Assembly (NCBI GenBank): GCA_963780165.1
Contig: CAWABB010000001.1
Coordinates: 2,219,591-2,283,590 of the forward strand
DNA from: an uncultured Ignavibacteria bacterium
GTDB taxonomy: Bacteria > Bacteroidota > Ignavibacteria > UBA10030 > UBA6906
DNA: 64,000 bases
Direction: 5' to 3'
The notes beneath the pieces were generated by a model that did not search any database, was not told where the DNA came from, and saw nothing but the letters and a program-made list of their open reading frames with translations. Positions 40,036-48,671 of the stretch are shown here, piece after piece. The translations under genes were made by a program, and so were the position numbers. How positions within the stretch are numbered: the first letter of the stretch is position 1; the number at the start of each line of letters is the position of its first letter.

Positions 40036-42243
40036 ATGAAAGGACATCTCCTCTGCCTCGTGGTTGCCGGCGTGCTGCTCCGCGCTGTTGCCTCCGGTCA
40101 ATGGGTACAAACCAGCGGACCCTCGGGCGCGTTCGTCCAGGCGCTCGCCATCAACGGCACGGACCTCTATGCGGGGACGTACCGCGGAGGCGTCTTTCTT
40201 TCCACCAACAACGGGGAGAGCTGGACCGCGGTCAACCGGGGACTGTCCGACAGAGATGTAAATTGTCTGGCCGTCCGTGGCGAGAATCTCTTTGCCGGCA
40301 CCAATAGTGGCATCTTCCTCTCCACCAACAGCGGAGCAATCTGGAATCCCGTCAATGCGGGAATGTCCAATGCGATCGTGAACTGTCTTGCCTTCAGCGG
40401 GTCGGATGTCTTTGCCGGGACGTGGAACAACGGCGTCTTCCGTTCGACGGATGACGGTGCGCACTGGACAAAGGTGGCGAACGGCCTGACGAACATGGAC
40501 GTCCAGGCGCTCGCCGTTGTGGATACGATGCTTCTTGCCGGCACAAACAACGGTGTGTTCGTGTCCTCCAACAACGGTGCCGACTGGACGGAGGTCAACG
40601 ATGGCCTTGCGAGCAAGGTCGTCAAATGCCTCACTGCCAGCCGTGCCGGTGACGGGACGGGTGGGACCCATCTCTTCGTCGGGACGCGAGGTGGCGTCTT
40701 CCTCTCAACGGACAACGGCGCACACTGGGCCCCGGCCAGCGAAGGACTTAAGCACAGGGATGTCCAGTGTCTGGCCGTTGTCCCTGACGATAGCGGGGCC
40801 GGTGGCACGAGGCTCCTTGCCGGGACCCTGGGTGGACTCTTTGTTTCTGGCGATGACGGTGGTGGTTGGACTGAAGTCGCTTCGAGTCTCGTGAATGCGG
40901 ATGTCTATTCCATCGTGTCAAATGGCGTGAACCTGTTCGTGGGCACGTCCAGCGGGGTGTTTCTCTCGACTGATGGAGCGATGAATTGGGATCCGGCGAA
41001 TGCCGGCTTGACGGGGACAAGCGTGCTCTGTTTTGCCGTGAGTGGTACGGAACTGTTTGCGGGAACGATGTACGGCGGCGTGTTCTCTTCCACCAACAGC
41101 GGGATGACCTGGATCGGCGGCTGGGTGGACATGAGAAACACATCGGTTGTGTCGCTCGCGGTGAGTCCTGCCGGTGGAGCGGCAGGCGGGATAGACCTTC
41201 TTGCTGGAACCTCAAGCGCAGGCGTCTTCCTTTCCGCGGATAGCGGGCGAACCTGGAAGACCGTTAACGCAGGTCTGACGAATATCCGGATACTGTCGCT
41301 CGTCGTGAGCCCCGGCGGTGGCGGGACGGGCGGGACAAAGCTCTTTGCCGGCATCGCCGACAATGGAGTGTTTGTCTCGTCTGACCATGGCGCACACTGG
41401 GTTGCTTCGAATGAAGGTTTTCCCCTGGATCAGTACGGCCGATATCCCAGTGTCACATGCCTGGCCGCATCGGGGACGACTCTCTTTGCAGGCACCAAGG
41501 GTTCCGGAGTCTTTGTATCCACCGACAGGGGCACAACCTGGAGCCAGCCGGGTTCGGGTCCGTATCCATACATCCTGTCGCTAGCGGTCAGCGGCTCGAA
41601 TCTCTACGCCGGCACAAGCGGCGCCCGCGTGTTTGTGTCCACAGACAAGGGCGCAAGTTGGCGCTCGGTCAGCAGCGGACTCACCGAATTCGTAATCAGG
41701 TCGCTCGTTGTGAGCGGGACGAGCCTCTTTGCGGGCACAACGGGGGGAATCTTCGTGACCAGCAACAAGGGGGCGAGCTGGACGAGAGTCAATGAGGGTC
41801 TCGCGAATGTGAATATCCTGTCGCTCGCGGTCATAGGGGTAGATCTCTTCGCGGGAACGTTCGGCGCCGGTGTGTGGCAGCGGACTCTCTCGGAAATGGT
41901 CACCTCGGCGCAGCCTTCTGAAGACCGGCTCCCCGATGCATTTGAGTTATTCCAGAACTACCCGAATCCCTTCAACCCGAGCACGACGATCGAGTACGCG
42001 CTGCCGGAGCGTTCGTACGTGACGCTGACCGTCTTCGACGCACTCGGACAGTGCGTTGTGACGCTTGTTCAGGATGAGAAGGAGGCCGGATATCATCGGG
42101 CCATCTTTGATGCCGCCGGACTCGCCAGCGGTGTCTACCTGTACCGGTTACAGGTCCGCACCAGGGACGCTGCAACCGGCCGCGAATCCGGGGGCGGACC
42201 TAGAGAGTCCGTGCGGACGCGGAAGCTCGTTTTGGTTCGATGA
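40036..42243 (+). CDS. BNR/Asp-box repeat β-propeller protein with T9SS C-terminal domain
   Basis: Signal MKGHLLCLVVAGVLLRAVASG. At least 12 tandem ~45-aa units …LFAGT..GVF.ST[ND].G..W…GL…V..LAV… each with an Asp-box S-x-D-x-G-x-[TS]-W. C-terminus NYPNPFNPSTTIEY…VYLYRLQV…. Confidence 0.8.
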   Translation: MKGHLLCLVVAGVLLRAVASGQWVQTSGPSGAFVQALAINGTDLYAGTYRGGVFLSTNNGESWTAVNRGLSDRDVNCLAVRGENLFAGTNSGIFLSTNSGAIWNPVNAGMSNAIVNCLAFSGSDVFAGTWNNGVFRSTDDGAHWTKVANGLTNMDVQALAVVDTMLLAGTNNGVFVSSNNGADWTEVNDGLASKVVKCLTASRAGDGTGGTHLFVGTRGGVFLSTDNGAHWAPASEGLKHRDVQCLAVVPDDSGAGGTRLLAGTLGGLFVSGDDGGGWTEVASSLVNADVYSIVSNGVNLFVGTSSGVFLSTDGAMNWDPANAGLTGTSVLCFAVSGTELFAGTMYGGVFSSTNSGMTWIGGWVDMRNTSVVSLAVSPAGGAAGGIDLLAGTSSAGVFLSADSGRTWKTVNAGLTNIRILSLVVSPGGGGTGGTKLFAGIADNGVFVSSDHGAHWVASNEGFPLDQYGRYPSVTCLAASGTTLFAGTKGSGVFVSTDRGTTWSQPGSGPYPYILSLAVSGSNLYAGTSGARVFVSTDKGASWRSVSSGLTEFVIRSLVVSGTSLFAGTTGGIFVTSNKGASWTRVNEGLANVNILSLAVIGVDLFAGTFGAGVWQRTLSEMVTSAQPSEDRLPDAFELFQNYPNPFNPSTTIEYALPERSYVTLTVFDALGQCVVTLVQDEKEAGYHRAIFDAAGLASGVYLYRLQVRTRDAATGRESGGGPRESVRTRKLVLVR

Positions 42244-42512
42244 TTCGCTGTGATGTGGCCGTTGTCAGTGTCGGCGGGCCGCCGTTGCTGGACCCTGAAC
42301 CAGCACCTACGTTCAAGGGCCCCCTTCGACGACCCGTCGGGACGTGTCGTTGACAAATCTGTGACAGTCGCTCGCTTCCCTGTGTGTATACTGGACCTAG
42401 AAGGCTATTGGGAGCACGGAGCCGACTTCTTGTGTCATCTCTTGCGGCGACTTTAGCGTACAATGAGAACCAGACTCATCTCAGAAGACGCAATGAAAAG
42501 GAACTCAACCTC

Positions 42513-44024
42513 ATGGCTACCGCGCGGCCTAGCTTGTTGCATTTCGGGGCGACACTCCTTGTGATTCTCCTGTCGTCCCCGTTTGCCTGGTCCCACAAGC
42601 AGCCGGTTCATCAATACCTTGTTCGTGAAGGGTACACCCTGCTTGTGAAGACATACGGAAACGATATCCCGCAGCTCTCGCGGTTCATAGGATCAGCGGA
42701 CCAATCCACGATCGGAGACTCCGCGTGGCAACAAGGCTATGTCACGACGGGGGCATGGCGGGAGGACGAGGAAGACGTCGTCTACCATTACGATATCCTT
42801 CCCGGCGTGAACTATGCGCTCACCAGCATTACGCATTTCTGGTCTGCCGATCGTGGCGATGGCGCCGACAATATGTTCAGACTGGTTATCGAGCAGCCGC
42901 CGTTGCCTCCGATCAACACCGATATCGGACCCTTCCCGAATGCATATGCCAGACTCAGGAGGTTTGCTGAGGGCGGGTGGGTGCTGAACTACCCCCGGCT
43001 CTTCGTCTGCCGCAACACGGCGAACAACCACTGGCTGGTCATCACTCCACTTGTTTCGGATGCCGGCTTTGGGGTTCCACTGTCGTACGACGGACTGGTC
43101 GACTTTTATTCAAGCGCAAGGCTCACGGTGCGAGCGGACCAGCCAAATGTCTGCACGGTCCTTGATGTCACAGACCTGAAGACTATCGAGCTGAGTGACC
43201 TGACGGAGATCGAGGTCGCTGACGACGTCCGGAATATCGTGGCCTGGGAAGTGCTTGGGAGGATGTGTCACTTGCTGGCCGACATGAGTGTTCCTGCTCA
43301 TGCGCATCTGGACGAGCATGGTCTGCTGGCGGATAGCTACGAAGACTATGTTGGCGGGGCTGGCGATCCCTACACAGCCTGGAGTGCTGACAATGTTGAT
43401 TCAGCGATTGTGCTGAACGGCCCGACAGACGAAGTGCTTCACACCCTGATGTACACCACACAGCAGCAGGCCGACCATTTTGGCAGCAACGGACCCGCCA
43501 ATGGGGACGGCAACGACGTCATCGGGGGAGATGCTGCGGCGGCGGAGCGGGAGATCCTGAATGCCATCGACCTGGGATCCCTCGGCGGGCCGACCACCAA
43601 TGCCGGGCCCTGGTCGTCCGGGGATCTGGACATCATCAGGGACAAAACCCTCCCGTATGCGATCAGGGCGACGGCTGGATTGCTGTACTGGTTCTCTGTT
43701 TCCACCGGACTGATGTCTCCAATCGTTTCGGTCGCGTCGGGTCAGGACCAGAATGGGCCGGCTGCGACACACCTCGCGCAGAACTACCCGAACCCATTCA
43801 ATCCGGCGACGACAATCGCATACGCGGTGCCGGAGAGATCGCACGTAACGCTCACGGTGTATAATACGCTCGGAGAGAGAGTTGAAGAACTGGTGAACTG
43901 TGAGCTGGAGGCTGGCTATCATGAGGTCCTGTTTGATGCCAGTGGCCTGGCGGGCGGAGTCTATCTGTACCGTCTGCAAGCGGGAGACGTCGTACAATCA
44001 CGGCGATTGCTGTTCCTGAAGTAG
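42513..44024 (+). CDS. Secreted zinc-dependent phospholipase C / S1-P1 nuclease-like protein with T9SS C-terminal domain
   Basis: The predicted signal peptide ends …SSPFA|WSHKQPVH, so the mature N-terminus is Trp followed by His, as in Zn-PLC/S1-P1 enzymes. Later …THFWSAD… and …PAHAHLDEHG… are His/Asp clusters. C-terminus NYPNPFNPATTIAY…VYLYRLQAGDVVQSRRLLFLK. Confidence 0.45.
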   Translation: MATARPSLLHFGATLLVILLSSPFAWSHKQPVHQYLVREGYTLLVKTYGNDIPQLSRFIGSADQSTIGDSAWQQGYVTTGAWREDEEDVVYHYDILPGVNYALTSITHFWSADRGDGADNMFRLVIEQPPLPPINTDIGPFPNAYARLRRFAEGGWVLNYPRLFVCRNTANNHWLVITPLVSDAGFGVPLSYDGLVDFYSSARLTVRADQPNVCTVLDVTDLKTIELSDLTEIEVADDVRNIVAWEVLGRMCHLLADMSVPAHAHLDEHGLLADSYEDYVGGAGDPYTAWSADNVDSAIVLNGPTDEVLHTLMYTTQQQADHFGSNGPANGDGNDVIGGDAAAAEREILNAIDLGSLGGPTTNAGPWSSGDLDIIRDKTLPYAIRATAGLLYWFSVSTGLMSPIVSVASGQDQNGPAATHLAQNYPNPFNPATTIAYAVPERSHVTLTVYNTLGERVEELVNCELEAGYHEVLFDASGLAGGVYLYRLQAGDVVQSRRLLFLK

Positions 44025-44257
44025 CTGTTTCAACTCCTGGCGCGCTCTGACCACTTCCAAGTGTCGGCGCGCTGCTGAGCGCTTCTGAGGCACCGTTCCA
44101 CCCGACGACCCAACGACTCTTCCGGAAGGAGGGTTGGCATATCTGGGCTGTGCGGGAGCATCTCCCTGCCACACGCAGAACAACGGTGCCCGATGGTAAT
44201 CCATCCTCTGGGCCGCCGCCCTGGAGAGCGCTCGATCAGTTCGCCATAGCTGAAAGG

Positions 44258-45145
44258 GGCATGCCTCACAGCGTAGAGGTCCTCGGAGCCAAGACCGCGG
44301 TTGCATCGGTCGACGGGCGATGGGAAGATGCGTTGGAAAGCGTGTGCGAAGCTGTTGAACTCAGTCCGCGAGACGGGTCGCTGATGGTCGATCAGGCTGA
44401 GGTGTACTGGGTGCTCCGGCGATATGAGGAGGCTGTCAGGACCTGCGATCTGGCCATCGAGCTCGCGCCGGATGACGCCTGGCCCTATCTCATGAAGACG
44501 TTCTCGCTCTGGAGCTGGAGAGGCGCATTTGCTGAGACGCGGACAATTCTACAGGCCGTCCCGGTCTCTCACGACTGGGCGGCCTGGGTGTGGTACTGGC
44601 AGACCATGTTTGAAAGAGACTATGGTGCGGCCATCGAAGGACTTTCTACAGACCCCAATGGCTGGGTTCGCACCAAGTGCTGGGCGATGCCGAAATCGCT
44701 TCTGGCCGGCTACGCCTGGAGGCTCTCGGGAGACCGGGAGAAAGCTCTGAAGGCGTACGAATCGGCTCGATCTCTTCTCGAAGCCGAGGCCAAGCGATGG
44801 CCGGACGATCCACGTTACCACAGCTCACTTGGCATTGCCTACGCCGCTCTTGGCAGGAAGGCTGATGCGGTTCGTGAGGGGAGGAGCGCGGTGGAGCTCC
44901 TTCCGGTCGCCACGGACTCCTTCTACGGTCTCCCGTACGTGCAGGACCTGGCCTTCATCTACACGCTGAACGGGGATACCGAAGCCGCGGTGCAGCAGCT
45001 TGAGTATCTCCTTTCCATTCCGTCATGGATGTCCGTGTCATGGCTCCGAATGGACCCGGAGTGGGACCTGCTACGCGACAGGCCGGCGTTCAACCGAATC
45101 CTGGTGCGTACCACAGAAGCAGGGACAGGCAGATCATGGCGTTGA
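44258..45145 (+). CDS. Hypothetical TPR-like protein
   Basis: Helical-repeat character (…ALKAYESARSLLEAEAKRWPDDPRYHSSLGIAYAALGRKADAVREGRSAVELLP…). Start uncertain (ORF 44150). Confidence 0.45.
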   Translation, partial: GMPHSVEVLGAKTAVASVDGRWEDALESVCEAVELSPRDGSLMVDQAEVYWVLRRYEEAVRTCDLAIELAPDDAWPYLMKTFSLWSWRGAFAETRTILQAVPVSHDWAAWVWYWQTMFERDYGAAIEGLSTDPNGWVRTKCWAMPKSLLAGYAWRLSGDREKALKAYESARSLLEAEAKRWPDDPRYHSSLGIAYAALGRKADAVREGRSAVELLPVATDSFYGLPYVQDLAFIYTLNGDTEAAVQQLEYLLSIPSWMSVSWLRMDPEWDLLRDRPAFNRILVRTTEAGTGRSWR

Positions 45146-45189
45146 CTTCCCTTCCCTGAGTACGTATCTTGACGTGTTGATGCTGTTAG

Positions 45190-45264
45190 CAACGGATCTC
45201 GGGGTGTAGCTCAGCCCGGTTAGAGCGCTTGCTTTGGGAGCAAGAAGTCGCTGGTTCGAATCCA
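45190..45264 (+). tRNA. tRNA-Pro (anticodon TGG)
   Basis: CGGGGTG acceptor pairs with CACCCCG. D-arm GCTC/GAGC. Anticodon stem CTTGC/GCAAG with loop TTTGGGA. TΨC loop TTCGAAT. Discriminator A. Confidence 0.85.
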
Positions 45265-45300
45265 GTCACCCCGACTCACACTCGACTGTTGTTGCCCTCC

Positions 45301-46002
45301 TCAGAAGGCCGTGTAGAGGTAATACACGCCGCCAAGTATCACCATCACGCCGGCGACCCGTTTCATCCACAGCGCCCCATCCGAGCGGTCGGTCCAGTGA
45401 AGGTACCGCTGCACGGCTCCGACGGAACCCCCGGCTCCGGCAATCACGGTGCAGTGCCCGATGCCAAACGCCGCAATGAGCCCCAGCGCCTCGAGGGGAT
45501 TCGCCGACGCCACGCTGAACACCACTCCAAGCACCGGTGCCATGTATGCAAACGTGCACGGTCCCAGACCGATGCCGAAGATCAACCCGAGCAGCAGCGC
45601 ACCCCTCCACCCCCGGGCGAGCGACGTCCGAGGTACGGCGCCTCGCCACGATACATGGATGACATCCAGGAAGTAGAGCCCGACGATGAAGAACACCCCG
45701 GCCACGATGAGATTGCCCCAGACGCCGACATCGCCCATCATCCTGCCCGCGGAAGCCGTGATCACTCCAATGAGCCCGATGGTGACCAGAATCCCCGTGG
45801 CGAAGATCAACGAGAGGAGGTACGGCCGCACCGTGCCGTTCTGTTCCTGACTGCTGATGTAGCCGACAACAAGGGGGATGCTGGAGAGATGACAGGGACT
45901 GAGAAGGATGCTCAAGACACCCCAACCTGCTGCGGCAAGGAGAGCGATGCCGAAGCTGTCACTCATGGCCATCGTCAGCCATGTGAAGAGTTCATTGAGC
46001 AT
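45301..46002 (-). CDS. ccdA: Cytochrome c-type biogenesis / thiol-disulfide electron transporter CcdA (DsbD-β family)
   Basis: 6 TM with …LLSPCHLSSIPL… and …LGPCTFAYMAPVL… conserved Cys pairs. Confidence 0.85.
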   Translation of the reverse strand: MLNELFTWLTMAMSDSFGIALLAAAGWGVLSILLSPCHLSSIPLVVGYISSQEQNGTVRPYLLSLIFATGILVTIGLIGVITASAGRMMGDVGVWGNLIVAGVFFIVGLYFLDVIHVSWRGAVPRTSLARGWRGALLLGLIFGIGLGPCTFAYMAPVLGVVFSVASANPLEALGLIAAFGIGHCTVIAGAGGSVGAVQRYLHWTDRSDGALWMKRVAGVMVILGGVYYLYTAF

Positions 46003-46005
46003 GAG

Positions 46006-46416
46006 TCATCCCGCAGTGCGGATTTTCAGGCCGCGCTTCTGCAGAAGGCTGTCGATTGCCGGTTCGGGATAGAATCCCTCGTGTCGGAAGAACTCCCTCC
46101 CGTCCTTGTCGAGAAATACCTGCGTGGGGATGACCCGTATGCCATACGTCTCGGCGTATTCATGCTGGTCGGGCTTCCAGACGTCGTAGAATACGACGGC
46201 GATCTGGTTACCATACTTCTTCTCGATGGCCGCCATGACAGGCTGCATCTGCCTGCACGGAACGCATTTGACGGATCCGAGTTCGACGAATGTCACAAGC
46301 GGCTTCCTGGCTTCGCCGGTCTTTGCCGGCGACGTCTCGTGCTTTTCTTGAGACAGGACCATGCCTCCGCCCATGATGAACGCCATAAGAATCAGGAGTG
46401 TCCTTTGAGTTGTCAT
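46006..46416 (-). CDS. Periplasmic thioredoxin-fold thiol:disulfide oxidoreductase (TlpA/ResA-like)
   Basis: Signal MTTQRTLLILMAFIMGGGMVL. Active-site motif CVPC in …FVELGSVKCVPCRQM…. Confidence 0.8.
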   Translation of the reverse strand: MTTQRTLLILMAFIMGGGMVLSQEKHETSPAKTGEARKPLVTFVELGSVKCVPCRQMQPVMAAIEKKYGNQIAVVFYDVWKPDQHEYAETYGIRVIPTQVFLDKDGREFFRHEGFYPEPAIDSLLQKRGLKIRTAG

Positions 46417-46482
46417 GGAATCCTTCCACCCGTGAGTGTGATGCGTGCCTGGCCGCACAGGGCCTGCAGCATTGCTGCAGGT

Positions 46483-47601
46483 TCACGAAAACTCGCCGAA
46501 CAGCCATCCGGCGATCACGGAAAGCGTGATGATGGTCAGGATGTATACTGGGGCCTGTCTTCTCCCCATGATCTTGAAAAGGACGATCATGCTCGGAAGG
46601 CTCAGAGCGTTTCCCGTCAGGAACAGCGTGAGTGCCGGCCCCCGCCCCATGCCCAGCCCCATCAGCTTTTGGATGATCGGCACTTCCGTCAGCGTGGCGA
46701 AGTACATGAATGCGCCGAAGGTTGAGGCAACAAGATTGGCGAGGAGCGTGTTCTCCCCGACGAGCCCGACCACGAAGTCCCTTGGAATGGCAACTTCGAT
46801 AATGCCGGCGATGAACACGCCCACAAAGAGGTAGGGGAGGATCTTCTTGGTCAGCTCCCACGTCTCGCGCAGCCATTCCAGGTTGTGTTCTCTCCGGAAT
46901 TTGAAGAACACGATGCCCAGCACAGCCCCCACCATCACGATGATGAGCACCGCCTTGAGGGTTTGGTCAAGCGATAGCCCGAACACCACCAGGGTGGCAA
47001 GTTGAAGCAGGAAGAACGTGAGGATGGTGGAATTCGAATAGGGCACGTCCCCACTCATCCCTGCGGCGAATGGTTCCTGGGAGTTCTTTTTGTCGTGCCC
47101 GCGGAAGAGCGCAGCCATCAGGAGTCCGGCGAGCCCCGAGATGACGAGTGCGGCAACAAGCCGCCCCACGGCAAAATCCCAGCCGAGCACGCTACCGGTC
47201 AGCAGTATTGCAGTAACGTTGATGGCGGGGCCTGTGAAGAGAAATGCGACGGCGGGGCCGATACCCGCTCCGCGTCTGTAGATGCCGGTGAAGAGGGGAA
47301 GGATCGTGCAGGAGCAGACGGCAAGGATTCCTCCTGAAACACTGGCGATCGGATAGGCAATCCACTTGTTGGTTTTCGGGCCCAGAAGCCGCACGATGGC
47401 ATCCTTCTTCACGTACACCGCAATCGTGCCGGCGATGAAAAAGGCCGGCACAAGACACGTGAGCACATGAAGCCGTGCGTATTCATGGAGAAGGGAAAGC
47501 CCGGCGGAGATCGACTGCAGCACGATGGGCGCATCGATGGGTGCGAAGTAGAAGAAGACAAACACTGCCGCAAGCAGTGTGACTTTTCCCCACTCCTTCA
47601 T
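46483..47601 (-). CDS. Permease of the DUF318 (YraQ-like) family
   Basis: ~10 TM, with …LAVCSCTILPLFTGIYRRGAGIGPAVAFLFTGPAIN… typical of DUF318 permeases that pair with ArsR and small thioredoxins. Confidence 0.75.
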   Translation of the reverse strand: MKEWGKVTLLAAVFVFFYFAPIDAPIVLQSISAGLSLLHEYARLHVLTCLVPAFFIAGTIAVYVKKDAIVRLLGPKTNKWIAYPIASVSGGILAVCSCTILPLFTGIYRRGAGIGPAVAFLFTGPAINVTAILLTGSVLGWDFAVGRLVAALVISGLAGLLMAALFRGHDKKNSQEPFAAGMSGDVPYSNSTILTFFLLQLATLVVFGLSLDQTLKAVLIIVMVGAVLGIVFFKFRREHNLEWLRETWELTKKILPYLFVGVFIAGIIEVAIPRDFVVGLVGENTLLANLVASTFGAFMYFATLTEVPIIQKLMGLGMGRGPALTLFLTGNALSLPSMIVLFKIMGRRQAPVYILTIITLSVIAGWLFGEFS

Positions 47602-47867
47602 TGGACTGCCCGGACGTTTGCGGTTATCAGTTCTTTGATCTTGTCGATGGACGGCACGCCTCCCTGCCAGACGAGCTTCTCATCGATGACCAGTCCAGGT
47701 GTTCGCATCACGCCGTAGGACGCAATGCCCTCAAGGTCGCTGACCTTCGACACGGTGGCCTGAAGATTCATCTCTGCCACAGCGTCCAGCGTCCGCCGCT
47801 CCAGTGTGCGGCAGTTCATGCAACCTGGTCCAAGTACTTTGATGGTCATGGTTCCTCCTGCTGTCAT
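47598..47867 (-). CDS. Small thioredoxin-fold 'redox-active disulfide protein 2'-like protein
   Basis: MTIKVLGPGCMNCRTLE… (CxxC: CMNC), ~80 aa. Likely start at Met 47849. Confidence 0.75.
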   Translation of the reverse strand: MTAGGTMTIKVLGPGCMNCRTLERRTLDAVAEMNLQATVSKVSDLEGIASYGVMRTPGLVIDEKLVWQGGVPSIDKIKELITANVRAVQ

Positions 47868-48181
47868 GGTTCCTGTAATGCTTCGGCTCGCTTTTCGATG
47901 TCCCGACGTACAAGCGCTGTGGCAATGTCCAGCAGCCTGAACGTTCGGGCGTCCACGACCTTGAAGTTGACCCGCAATCCGTCTTTCCAGGAGAACAGGA
48001 TGCCCGCCTGCACGAGAATCTTCAGGTGGCGCGAGAGATTGGACTGCTCCATGCCGAGCTCAGGCGCAATCTCGCAGTTGCACCGTGGACCCTGGCGGAG
48101 GAACTCCAGAATGCGGATCCGGTTCGGGTGTGCCAGCGCCTCGAAGATATCGCTCTTGAGCTCGGCGGCGGTCGTTACCAT
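47864..48181 (-). CDS. ArsR/SmtB-family transcriptional regulator
   Basis: …ALAHPNRIRILEFLRQGPRCNCEIAPELGMEQSNLSRHLKILVQAGIL… is a winged HTH with a CNC metal-site-like motif. Confidence 0.85.
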   Translation of the reverse strand: MVTTAAELKSDIFEALAHPNRIRILEFLRQGPRCNCEIAPELGMEQSNLSRHLKILVQAGILFSWKDGLRVNFKVVDARTFRLLDIATALVRRDIEKRAEALQEP

Positions 48182-48204
48182 CAGGAGGCCCTATGATTGT
48201 TGAA

Positions 48205-48228
48205 CTATATGAGTATATATGCATATAG
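48205..48228. promoter_or_regulatory. AT-rich palindromic candidate ArsR operator / arsR promoter
   Basis: CTATATGagtaTATATGCATATAG: outer 7-bp inverted repeat plus an inner perfect palindrome TATATGCATATA, 24–47 nt upstream of the arsR start. Confidence 0.45.
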
Positions 48229-48614
48229 TGTGCCCGCGAGGAGGGTGCGCCTGCAGCCGGGAAATGCCGATTCTCCGGCCGTTCTTTCTCGGAATCCGTA
48301 GGCCATTGTCGTTTTCAAGAGAGGCCGAACGCCGGGGAACGTCTGCAGAGGGGATGAATAGCCGCGTATGAAAAGGGGCAATCGCAGGTGCGATTTCACG
48401 GCATCGAAGCGATCGTACCGGTGGAACCCTGTCTCTACGCGTCTGTTGATCGCCTCGTCTGTATCAGCGAAGATCAGGGAATATCGTGGCAGAGCACCGA
48501 CCCCATCAGGGCCAGGAGGCTCCGATCACATCGCTCTTAAAGTTCCCGTCGGGCACCATCGTGCACCGGCTCACCTTCGGCTTGCGCACTGAAAGCCTGA
48601 GGATGCTCCTCCTG

Positions 48615-48644
48615 AAACGAAAAGCCCCGGCGCATGGCCGGGGC
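48615..48644 (-). terminator. Rho-independent terminator of the methyltransferase gene (minus strand)
   Basis: Minus-strand read GCCCCGGCcatgcGCCGGGGC followed by TTTTCGTTT, ~28 nt after the stop at 48672. Confidence 0.7.
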
Positions 48645-48671
48645 TCCGCCGCGCAACCTGCGATGTGTCAG

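Noticed and set aside
48191-48226. 11-codon ORF (MIVELYEYICI*) preceded by AGGAGG on the plus strand upstream of arsR
   Set aside because: It is simply the reading of the AT-rich operator palindrome. The SD-like string is the reverse complement of the arsR 5' region. There is no support for a leader peptide.
48270-48330. Partial S-box (SAM-I riboswitch)-like string UUUCAAGAGAGGC
   Set aside because: Only the P2 'UCAAGAGNGGC' fragment matches. The GAGGGA kink-turn, the P3 CUGGCCC…GCCCGG elements and a closing P1 are absent, and no methionine/SAM gene follows on either strand.
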